Positions 13,001 through 23,862 of a stretch of DNA of 64,000 nt are shown here, one piece after another. Below the pieces are notes generated by a model, which did not search any database, was not told the origin of the DNA, and saw only the letters and a program-made list of their open reading frames with translations. Numbering within the stretch: the first letter of the stretch is position 1; each line of letters starts with the position of its first letter. The DNA is from Mobula birostris. Taxonomy: Eukaryota. The position numbers and the translations under genes were made by a program. Location: contig NC_092388.1 of the NCBI RefSeq assembly GCF_030028105.1, positions 47,436,581-47,500,580 on the forward strand, given 5' to 3'.

Positions 13001-13963
13001 GATGTTCTACGAGTCTGTGGTGGCCAGTGCTATCATGTTTGCTGTTGTGTGCTGGGGCAGCAGGCTGAGGGTGGCAGACACCAACAGAATCAACAAACTC
13101 ATTCGTAAGGCCAGTGATGTTGTGGGGATGGAACTGAACTCTGTCACGGTGGTGTCTGAAAAGAGGATGCTGTCTAAGTTGCATGCCATCTTGGTCAACG
13201 TCCAATGTCTCCCATCCACTACATAATGTACTGGGTGGGCACAGGAGTACATTCAGCCAGAGACTCATTTCACCGAGATGCAACACAGAGCGTCATAGGA
13301 AGTCATTCCTGCCTGTGGCCATCAAACTTTACAACTCCTCCCTTGGAGGGTCAGACACCCTGAGCCAATAGGCTGGTCCTGGACTTATTTCATAATTTAC
13401 TGGCATAATTTACATATTACTATTTAACTATTTATGGTTCTATTACTATTTATTATTTATGGTGCAACTGTAACGAAAACCAATTTCTCCCAGGATCAAT
13501 AATGTATGACTATGACTATGACTATGACTAGGACTATGACTATGACCCAACGAGATACGTGATTCGATGGATTCCAAGAGGGGGAATCCTACTGATGATT
13601 GGCGAATAGGAGTTGGCGCCATGGGTACCAGCTTCTGGAAGATCTGAGCTGCAACCTATGCATATTTGACCATTTTAATTATGATGGGCCCTTTCGTTTT
13701 TTACTTTTTTTTAAATAATGGTTTGGTTAAGTTAACATTCATAGATATACTTTCTTTATAATTGTTTGCCGTGTACGGTCTGTTATTTCTTGCAAGCGGG
13801 TGATTGCATGGGGGCAGTAATTACAAAGTATTCACACAAATTTTGGTTTGGGTGGACAAGACATTCCAACCTCCCGGGTTTGGTGGGACCCAAGAGTCCG
13901 GTGGCTATTAGTGAGGGGCTAACAAACCGCATTTACAGCGATGCCCGTTAAAAAGGGGTTTCA
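10022..13963 (+). mobile_element. Probable solo LTR (10022-10265 and 13547-13963) split by a Rex LINE
   Basis: Starts TGTAGGG, ends GGGGTTTCA; non-coding halves flank the LINE; no clean target duplication seen. Confidence 0.45.
10266..13546 (+). mobile_element. Near full-length young Rex1/Babar LINE (APE endonuclease + RT), disrupted
   Basis: APE motifs MGNVRSL, CFTETWL, GRSDHNLV; RT motifs DYRPVALT, PQGTVLSP, KFSDDS; (GACTAT)n tail; ORF broken into 10368-10817, 10974-11636 and 11682-13226. Confidence 0.97.
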
Positions 13964-14559
13964 TGAAGAACACAAGTATGGCAAAAGAACCAATCATTTT
14001 GTTTTCAGCTTTTGAGAGAGAGTAATTCTGTCATAGGGGCTCAGTCAATCAATTCATCCAGTAGAATTCATTTAAGTTGTTCACCAACTAAGTCACAAGG
14101 CTCTATAGAGAATCTTTGCTCCTACACAGTCACATCAAGTGCACTTAATAATACCTGGTCTGTCCTTAAATAGCAGATTCTATCCAAAATTTACAGTTTG
14201 ATGTTACGAGGCTTTATTAATGGTTCTGTCAGAACATCAATCGCCAATGAGTCCACTAGCCACAAGTAATGAAGAGACAAATGTTAAAACCCACCTTACT
14301 CTGTATCATGTATTATTTGCAAAGAGAAATTAAATTAAAATGAACTAATTTTGAAGGTAAGAGCATTATTTTTTAATTCTGAAGTGAATCATATTAATTC
14401 CGAGCAATCAAAATGCATTTGCAGCATAGAATATCACTCCATAGAGCCTTTTGCCATTTATCAAGAGCCTTAATCCCTGTAAGAGACTGAATGAATTCAT
14501 CGTATGACTTACTCAAATTCATTGATAAGCCTCAGTGACTTGAATGTCCAGGCAGGCAT

Positions 14560-15090
14560 AGAGACGATGGGCTGCATGGCTTCTGCAGGAGTCAATTGGT
14601 AAGTCAACACCCTGTCTGGAGAATGTGCTGAGAAGATTCACAAAGATGTGCAAATGAGGTGCAAAGTTTCAGTAATTAGGAGATTGGATAGGCCATAGTT
14701 GCTCTTCTTGGGGGCAGAAGGAACTGAAGGGAGACTTCATGAAGGTTTACAAAATTATGAGAACCATTTACAGGATAGATAGTAAGCAACCTGTCCTGTG
14801 GTAGAAGTGTCTATAAGTCAGTGAAGTGGTGGTGGGACTAGGTCTAGGGTGAGGAGTAAGAAGTTTAGAAGGGATCGAAAGAAGAATATTTCACCCATAG
14901 TGTGGCTGAAATCTGGAGTGCACTGCCTGAGAAAGTGGGGGTGTCAGGGACATGTCTAAACAATCATTTGAATTGCCAAGGCATGGTAACTACAGACCAA
15001 GAGCTAGTAGATTGGATATTTACAGGTACTGGCTGGTCATAGGCGTAATGGGTCAAAGGGCCTGTTTCTTTGCTGTATCACTCTAAAAGA
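14560..15090 (+). mobile_element. Old CR1 LINE 3' fragment
   Basis: agaagattcacaaagatg, gaaggtttacaaaattatg, tail atgggtcaaagggcctgtttct. Confidence 0.7.
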
Positions 15091-15349
15091 CATTAGTGAA
15101 TGAAGTATGTTTTGTTTTATTCTGGAAATCTCATGGCCATTACTGTTGACATTAACATGGCAGTCTGGTATAGTTAATAATAAAAAATTATAAATTTCCC
15201 AACTACTGTACTGGGTTGTGAATTTACATCTCTGCATGTTTAGTCTAGTCCAATAACATAATCAGAAAATTATTGTTACTTTTACCTAAAATACCTTCAG
15301 ATGTTCCAGTGAAGGGAACAGGTCTATGTAAATAAATATTCGTTCTTTA

Positions 15350-16530
15350 ATATTGTTTTATCATGCTTTTAATGCAGATGCACCTCCTACCAGTGCAAAG
15401 GTCTCAGCGGAGACTGAGACTGAGACCAGGTCTGAGGAAAAGTCAACCGCCTGGAGTTCCCAAACCCCAGCTGTAAGTTCCCAGGCCACTCCGCAAGAGG
15501 TGGGGTCAATAGGAGAGGGGATGGGAGAGGGACCAACAGGGGAATGGCAGGTGGTGAAAAGGAAAAACATTCTGGAAGATTCCACCTCAGATTCAAAGGG
15601 CTGCCGAGAGTAAAAGTAATGGAGAACAGAGCAGTGCAACAGACAGAAGCCAGCTACCTCTCCTCGTTGGAGGATGAAACAAGTATGGAGAACCAACAAT
15701 GCAGGCAGAGGAAGCATTAAAATGGAAGAACAAAAAGGAGGGGAACCTACAGAAAATATAGGGGACGAAGAAATTCTGCCTGCCATCCCTCAGCTCCAGG
15801 AGACCAGGAGCAGCACAGACTCCAACACATGCTAGCTGATCGGGAGTTGTAAAGAAGTTACTGGGCTCCAGCTCCAGGAGACTGGCAGGGGCACAGCATC
15901 TAATGCATCCCAGCTCTGGGAGACTGAGAGCAGAATGATTTCTGGTGTAGGTTGACTCCAAGCGATGGAGGGTACGGAAAATTCTGAGCCAGAGATTGGA
16001 GCAAGAACAGAGACAAACCTCTCTCCAGTGACACCACCAGAGGATCATTCCCAATACCTGAACCCTAAAACAGTTCACCACAGCTGTAGGCATGCGGTCT
16101 CAGGCTGATTTTCAATGGATTGTATACAGTATGTGATTGCAGACCTCAAATAACTGTAAGTATGGAGATCAAACAGGCATCTTCAGATGTACTCAGTGTG
16201 AAGAGCAGTGTATAATGTGTCAAAACTTTGCAACACCTGACCAAGGTCAAGGTAGATGTGACTTTTCTACAGGAGTGTAGGCTTCCACACTGGCATAACC
16301 CTTGGGATTGTCTTGTGTTTGGGGATATGGAGAGGAATTGATAGCTGAGCATCTGGCCTGGGTATTCTGCTGTGGGAAGGTAACTTCTCTATCACTGTGG
16401 TCAAAGAGGTGTTGGGGAGTGCTTCTTTGTTGGTGATGTAAAGTCCCATAACACTCTGGTCCAGCTAATTAATGCGTATGCCTCTTTCGTGCTGAGCGAG
16501 CGGCTAACTGTCCTCCTGCAACTCACAGTT
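15350..16530 (+). mobile_element. L1-Tx1-like LINE remnant (ORF1 C-terminus and start of ORF2 endonuclease)
   Basis: GEWQVVKRK in ORF 15353-15613; from ~16230 HLTKVKVDVTFLQECRLPH, GLGILL, QLINAYA (APE-type motifs). Confidence 0.7.
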
Positions 16531-18980
16531 CTGTCTACAAGATGTGTCTGTCTACACAAGCACTTGAATTCCCTAGTCATAGAAGGCTATAGGACAAATA
16601 TAAGAAGATGGGACTAACACTGATGGGTCTCCTCTGGTCGACATGATGGGCTGAATGGCCTGTTTCCCTACTCTATGACTATGATTTTATATCTCAACAA
16701 TCAGAGCTATCTCTCTCGCTTGGCATTTCCAAAGTTTCTAGCAGTGAACAAATTGAAAATTAATTTCTGGGCTGTACGGTGAGCACCACAGGAAGAAAAA
16801 AAAGTAATTTTTTTAATTTTCTTGGACATTGTTCATTTAATAGCTTTTTATGTATTTGAGATGAGGTGGACATGATTGTTTGAGAAGGGTGGGTGGGATA
16901 ACTGATGGTGGATGAGTGGACGTTTCAGTGACGTAACCTGCCCTTGTGGAGTTGATATCCCAGCTGCCAATTTTACCTTATCCTTATGGGCTGCTCTTTC
17001 TATAGATGGTCAACTTTTTGAGTAAATCAGAGGCTACTGCTGCATTCAGTACTGTATTTGATATTTATATCAAGCTGACCCACGTACCTGAGGGCCTCCT
17101 TGCACACTAGGCAGCAAGACTACCTGAAGCCAACTCTACAAAGAGCGATGAACTGGACATTGTTTATCAGACAGGCTGCTATTATCTGTGACCAAGAGAG
17201 ACCATGACATGGTGCAGAATGTATGCCTGTGCAGTGAATCAAGATTACACTCTTAACACTCCTCTCTCCTTTCCTTGTTGATGAATATCCAAATAAACAA
17301 GATGCAAATAGCAGAAAGGTTGCTGCCACATCCTCCTATATCCCTTCATTTAATTTGTGTGTTCTGCTTAATATGCAGAAACTGATGCACATCAAAGATT
17401 ATGCATTCTGCACAGCTGTCTGGTACTACCACTGAGACAGCAAGTAGCTCTGACAGTGTCAATAAAGCCCTTCTTGGTGAGTTTGATCATTAGCAAAATG
17501 CAATGTCTTGTTAACAGACAGTGGCTCTGAAATCATTAACAGCGTGTGCTGGGTAAGATAGAATGCAATAGAATGGTTTGGCAATCTGAGCAATGTATTA
17601 CCTGACTTAAACAGCAAACAATAGGAGCTTGGGTTGATTTCTTCTGGACCAGAGTAACCTCGTCGCCAACCAACATTTGTAGCTCAAATAATTTAAGTAA
17701 TAAAATTTACTAAAATATTAGCATAATAATCATGATGAAGCTGTCAGACATATCAATATGGCATTGATGGTTAATTAAAAAGGATTGAAATGACAGGCTA
17801 TAGGAATGATAAGCTGCGAGGGTTATTAAAAACACTGAATAATTCAAAAGCAGTGTAATCAAGTGGTATTTGCAGCCGTTTCCACACAAGCAAAATGTCA
17901 CTTATTAACATCTTCATATGAGACATTGCATTCTTTTTACATAAATTGGAATTAAATAGTTTAGATGGAACTGCTAAACATTCAAAGGCACGAGTACTTT
18001 TTCCGTCAGGGATGAATAAGAAAACAAACCCAACTAATAAAGTGTAATTGTGACGGTTTTAGTTTCCATACTTTTCTTTAACAAAGCAAATACAAACCCC
18101 ATTGAGAAGTGTTTCATAGTAATTACACACCATTACACCTAAACTCTATATTTTTGCAATGCAGTGAAATATATTTCTGATGAATATTTAGGAACTTTTC
18201 TACTTTTCAAAATAATAATCTCATTCTCTTCAATAATTGTCACACCAGAAGTTGTGGTTTCCTGGTCCAAGCAGAGTATTTTGGGCACTATTCTTTGTAA
18301 TACTGAGGAAATGCTATATTGCCTAAGAAGCTACATTTCTCATGAAATAGTCATCGAGTTACATAGCATGGAAACGAATCCTTTAGCCAAAATTGTCCTT
18401 GCTGACCAAATGATAAACCTCAGGTCAAGTGGAACGGCTTTGGAGAAAGAGCATTGAATGTAAGAAACAGAAGTAGAATTAGGCCATTCATACTTACATT
18501 CCTGGTCCACCATTCAATAAAATACTGGCTAATCTTTACCCTCAGTCCTACTTTCCTGTACTAACATACGTGCCCTGATCTGCTTAATATCCAAAAAAAT
18601 CTATCAACATCTCTCTTGATTATACATAGTGACTGTGCCTCCTTAGCCCTCTTCGGTAAGGAATTCCAAAGATTCACTATGTTTTTTGCTGAAGAAGCTT
18701 AATCGCCAGGCCAGATAGACTGGAAAGACAATGTGTTAGAGACGAGAGCCGATTTTGCTCACTCTCCCATGACGTTCACTTGTCTTGCCATGGCCAGAGG
18801 TTATAAAGACTTCCTTGGCTGCTGTGCTCCATACCTGCTATAGTACTGCATTTGGATATGGTCCAAGTACGGAGAGAGAGACACTGAAGCAGGTTGATAG
18901 TTCACAGTCTTTAATGCAAACAGTCTTTAAGAGAACGGAAAACAATCAACGCTAGGCCAAACAGGGCTGTTAACTAAAAC

Positions 18981-19920
18981 AACACATATCAAAGTTGCTG
19001 GTGAACGCAGCAGGCCAGGCAGCATCTCTAGGAAGAGGTACAGTCGATGTTTCAGGCTGAGACCCTTCGTCAGGACTAACTGAAGGAAGAGCTTGTAAGA
19101 GATTTGAAAGTGGGAGGGGGAGGGGGAGATCCAAAATGATAGGAGAAGACAGGAGGGGGAGGGATGGAGCCAAGAGCTGGACAGGTAATAGGCAAAAGGG
19201 ATATGAGAGGATCATGGGACAGGAGGTCCGGGGAGAAAGACAAGACGGGGGGAACCAGAGGATGGGCAAGGGGTATAGTCAGAGGGACAGAGGGAGAAAA
19301 AGGAGAGTGAGTGAAAGAATGTGTGTATAAAAATAAATAACGGATGGGGTACGAAGGGGAGGTGGGGCATTAGCGGAAGTTAGAGAAGTCGATGTTCATT
19401 GCATCAGGTTGGAGGCTACCCAGACGGAATATAAGGTGTTGTTCCTCCAACCTGAGTGTGGCGTCATCTTTACAGTAGAGGAGGCCGTGGATAGACATGT
19501 CAGAGTGGGAATGGGATGTGGAATTAAAATGTGTGGCCACTGGGAGATCCTGCCTTCTCTGGCGGACAGAGCGTAGGTGTTCAGCAAAGCGGTCTCCCAG
19601 TCTGTGTCAGGTCTTGCCAATATATAGAAGGCCACATCAGGAGCACCGGACGCAGGATATCACCCCAGCCAACTCACAGGTGAAGTGTCGCTTCACCTGG
19701 AAGGACTGTCTGGGGCCCTGAATGGTGGTAAGGGAGGAAGTGTAAGGGCATGTGTAGCACTTGTTCCACTTACAAGGTTAAGTGCCAGGAGGGAGATCAG
19801 TGGGGAGGGATGGGGGGGACGAATGGACAAGGGAGTCGCATAGGGAGCGATCCCTGCGGAAAGCAGAGAGACGGGGGGAGGGAAAGATGTGCTTAGTGGT
19901 GGGATCCTCTTGGAGGTGGA
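18981..19920 (-). mobile_element. Penelope-like element 3' part: GIY-YIG endonuclease pseudo-ORF ending at 19370, plus terminal region
   Basis: Minus reading QGPRQSFQVKRHFTC...CGLLYIGKT*HRLGDRFAEHLRSV...LPVATHFNS...RLEEQHLIFRLGSLQP..MNIDFSNFR*. Confidence 0.92.
19041..19078 (-). ncRNA. Minimal type I hammerhead ribozyme motif in Penelope terminus
   Basis: Minus strand UAGUC-CUGACGA-A-GGG-UCUCAG-CCU-GAAA-CAUC-GACUG: stem I UAGUC/GACUG, CUGAnGA and GAAA core, stem II, NUH triplet AUC. Confidence 0.75.
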
Positions 19921-20215
19921 AAACTAAATGCCAACACTGTGACTGAAAGGAATTATCTAAATATAAAACGAATACTGCTAGTCTCCAGCGTCAGTTGACT
20001 CGATAGTCCACTTTCTCAGGCAAGGCCGAATCTAGGCAGGTAGCGTAACATTGCTGTGCTTTGCCTAAGTCTCAACAACACTGCAACGGAAAGAAGGGTT
20101 CAAGTACTACCAGATGAAACAATGATTAGCTGAACCGTGCATTTTCACAAGTGCAGTTGTCAAATCTGCTCCGCAGCCCCCTATGGGGGTGCATAAACCT
20201 GGCATGGTTGTGACA

Positions 20216-20460
20216 CGCTACTATGACGAACTGATACCAAGGTTTTAGGCTTACTCTGGACTGCTCTGGGTTTTCGGATTTGTATTTTTTCCTTTCCTCT
20301 GCACATCGGGGGTTGGTCTGTATTTTATCTTTTTTTAACTGTTTTTTTTGGGTTTCTTGCTTTTTGGCTGCCTGTAAGCAAACAAGTCTCAAGGTTATAT
20401 AACTTATATGTTCTTTGATAATAAATGCACTTTGAAACTTGAAACTTAATTTTGAACTTG
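20216..20460 (+). mobile_element. Non-coding retroposon with LINE-type tail; host of the solo LTR (5' part ~18715-18840)
   Basis: Ends ctttgataataaatgcactttgaaacttgaaact; no ORF. Confidence 0.5.
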
Positions 20461-21871
20461 CGTCTCCTGGTATCTGACACAAAGAGAAAAGAAACATCAT
20501 GCCTGCAATAGTCCTGTCAAGTCCTGTAAGTGTTTTCTATATTTCAGTGAGATCACCTGTTTATTCTTGTAATTTCTAGAGTTTTGGAATCTGGAGAAAA
20601 GCTGCTGCATTTGCTTCTTTATGAATATATGTTCCTTGGATACAGAGACTAGATTTGTACACAACATAGCAGGTGACATCATATTAGGGTCCTATATAGC
20701 TGCTGTAAGAGGTTTTATTTTTGTATTCATATTGTCTTGCAATATGGACTAACATATCAATTTTTTCCCCCAGTCACCTGTTTACTTGTAAGAACACCCA
20801 GTCCCTGTATGATTCAATCGTTCATCTTTTTACATTTCGTTACTGTTTTTCCACTTTGTTTACTAAATGAATGACTTTGTTTTTCTATATTATGTTCCCT
20901 CTGTCATGTCTCGGACCATTCACTTACCCTGTCTGTCCTTCCTGAAGCCTCTCATATCATCGACACAACCTGTTTCCACTGACACTGTATTGTCAGCAAA
21001 CTGAAATCTATCACCCTTTGTCCTGTAATCTAGATCATTGACACAGGCTTGAAGGCAGTTTCTACCTGTCTATTGTAAGACTCTCGAATGGACACTTACA
21101 TAGTAAAAATAAACTTTGATGTCTCAATCCTCATTCTGCCCCTTTCCCCTTATTTGTCTACCTGTACTGCACTTTATCTGTAACTGTGAAACGATATTCT
21201 GAATTCTGTTGTTACATTCCTTTTGTGCCATCTCAATGTGCTTAGGTATACAATGATTAGCCTGGATGGCATGCAAACAAAATTTTTTGCTTACCTCAGT
21301 AAATATTGCAATTACAAACCAATTAGAAATCAATTAAACAGTCGAGGCTCCAGTATTAGCGTCCCAATTGTTTGCTTCACAATGTAAAAATGGCATATTT
21401 ATTCCTTCCAGTTGTCTCTATAAATTGTCATTTTACATTAATTTCTGACCCCAATCCTATGTGCTCTAATTTTGTTTAATAACCTCCTGCATGACTCATC
21501 ACTGAAGTTCCAGCACAATGAATCTTGTCTGCTGAGCAGATCAGAGAGAGAGTTTGAGACCGTTCTTTGTGGAGTTTACACGCCAGTTTTAGAACATGAG
21601 CATGGCCTTTTGGGGCTTGTCTGCGGAGCAGGAGATTGCTTGGGTTCTTAGTAACTTGGCAAGGGCCAATAAAAAAGTGAGGTGTAAGTGGAGTGGGCCA
21701 GGGTTAATGTGGGAGGCTTAAATCAACAGGTTTCAGTGAGAACAGACAAAGGCTCTAAGTAAGTTTCTAGTAAGTTCTTTTATTACCCTTCTCTGTTTAC
21801 TAGTGCATTGAGACTGGATCCGAGGTTAGTAGTGTGTTCATTGTATGAGATGTGGGAATGCTGGGAGACCT

Positions 21872-22573
21872 GTGGTCCCTCAGCACCAGCTCCATAGCAA
21901 AGAAAGCCCAACAGCGTCTCTACTTTCTGCGAAGGCTGAGAAAAGTCCATCTCCCACCCCCCATCCTCACCACATGCTACAGAGTTTGTATTGAGAGCAT
22001 CCTGAGCAGCTGCATCACGGCCTGGTTCGGAAATTGTACCATCTCGGATCGCAAGACCCTGCAGCGGATAGTGAGGTCAGCTGAGAAGATCACCGGGGTC
22101 TCTCTTCCTGCCATCACAGACATTTACATCACATGCTGCATCCGCAAAGCAAACAGCATTATGAAGGACCCCACGCACCCCTCATACAAACTCTTCTCCC
22201 TCCTGCCATCTGGAAAAAGGCACCGAAGCATTTGGACTCTCCCGACCAGACTATGTAACAGTTTCTTCCCCCGAGCTATCAGACTCCTCAATACCCAGAG
22301 CCCAGACTGACACCAACCTACTGCCCTCTACTGTGCCTATTGTCTTGTTTATTATTTATTGTAATGCCTGCACTGCTTTGTGCACTTTATGCAGTCCTGG
22401 ATAGGACTGTAGCCTAATGTAGTTTTTGTGTTTTTTCTTACGTAGTTCAGTGTAGTTTTTGTATTGTTTCATGTAGCACCATGGTCCTGGAAAACATTGT
22501 CTCATTATTACTGTGTTCTGTACCAGCAGTTATGGTTGAAATGACAATAAAAAGTGACTTGACTTGACTTGAC
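21872..22573 (+). mobile_element. Rex1/Babar LINE 3' fragment inserted in CR1 ORF1
   Basis: KKAQQRLYFLRRLRK, HPSYKLFSLLPSGKR; (GACTT)n tail. Confidence 0.92.
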
Positions 22574-23544
22574 TTCCTGATAACAACACCTATATGAAGT
22601 GCTTTGAGCTGCAGCTCCTGATGGACTGTGTTATGGAACTGGAACTGCGGCTCATTGACCTTCAACTCTTATGGGAGTTTGAGGACGTGATAGATAGGAG
22701 CTTCAGGGAGATAGCCATCCCTAAGTTGCAGGAAGCAGGTACCTGGGTGACTGTCAGGACTGGGAAACCGAACAGACAGCCAACGCAGAGTACCCCATAG
22801 CTGTTCCTCTCAATAATAAGTGTACTGCTTTGGATACTGTTGGTGGGGACAACCTGTCAGGGGGAAACCACAGATACCGATCTCTGGCACTGAGTCTGAC
22901 TCTGTGACTCGGGGGGGGGGCGCGGAGAGAAGGAGTGCAGTTGTGATAGTGGATTCCATGGTTAGAGGAGCAGACAGGAGATTCTGTTGGCATGAAAGAG
23001 ACACCCAGATGGTTGCTGCTTCCCATGTGTCAGGGTCAGTATCTCTTGGATTGGGTCCATAGCGTTCTTAAGGGAGGTGGGTGAACAGCCAGAAGTCATG
23101 GTATTTATTGGTACCGACAACATAGGGGGGGAAAGGGAGGAGGTCCTGAAGAGAGAATATAGGGAGTTAGTTAGAAAGCTGAAAGGCAGGACGTCCAGGA
23201 TAGTACTCTCTGGATTTCTGCCTGTGCCATGTGCCAGTGAGGGTAAGAATAGATGATTTGGCAGATGAATGTGTAGCAGCCAGCATACGGGATATAAATT
23301 ATAATGAGAGATAGAAAAGGCATGTAAAGATGGCGATATTATGAGAGTCATAGGAGATTTCAATATGCAGATAGAATGGAAATGGTGCTGGATGCTGAGG
23401 GAGGGAATTTATAGAATGCCTAATAGGTGACTTTTTAGGGCAGCTGGTGATTGAGCCTACCAGGGAAAAGGCAATTCTGGATTAGGTATTGAGTAATGAA
23501 CCAGATTTGATTAGAGAACAAGCTAAAGGAACCCTTAAGAGGTA

Positions 23545-23862
23545 GTGATCTTTCTTTCATGGCCTTCTGTCATCTTCTATCAGACTTCTCCTTCTCCAAG
23601 TGTATCTCCTTCACCAATAAACTTCCCAGATCTTTACTTCATCCCTCTCCCTCCAGGTTTCATCTATCTCCTTGTGCTTCTCTCTCCCCTCCTCCCACCT
23701 TTCAAATCTATTCCTCAGCTATTTTTATCCAACCTGCCAAAGGGTCCCGGCCCAAAACTTTGACCGTACTCTTTTCCATAGGTGCTGCCTGGCCTGTTGA
23801 GATTCTCCACCATTTTGTGTGTGTTGCTTGGATTTCCAGCAGCTGCAGATTTTCTCTTGTTT
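23545..23862 (+). mobile_element. Penelope terminal fragment inserted in CR1 ORF2
   Basis: Pyrimidine-rich body, decayed hammerhead cctgccaaagggtcccggcccaaaac, end tttccagcagctgcagattttctcttgtt. Confidence 0.8.

Larger units (their letters stand above)
18841..20215 (-). mobile_element. Solo LTR (18841-18980 and 19921-20215) split by a Penelope element
   Basis: Colinear with 48419-48844; ends TGTGACA; flanks tgcta/cgcta (5-bp duplication, one mismatch). Confidence 0.8.

Noticed and set aside
11682-13226. 514-aa ORF as a host gene or intact retroelement protein
   Set aside because: It is the RT part of a Rex1/Babar LINE whose upstream frame is broken by stops and frameshifts.
13505-13546. Short direct repeats as a CRISPR-like array
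   Set aside because: (GACTAT)n microsatellite tail of the LINE, no spacers, eukaryotic context.
15361-16093. Minus-strand ORFs of 141 and 166 aa
   Set aside because: Antisense shadows of the purine-rich Tx1-like ORF1 remnant; no recognisable domain.
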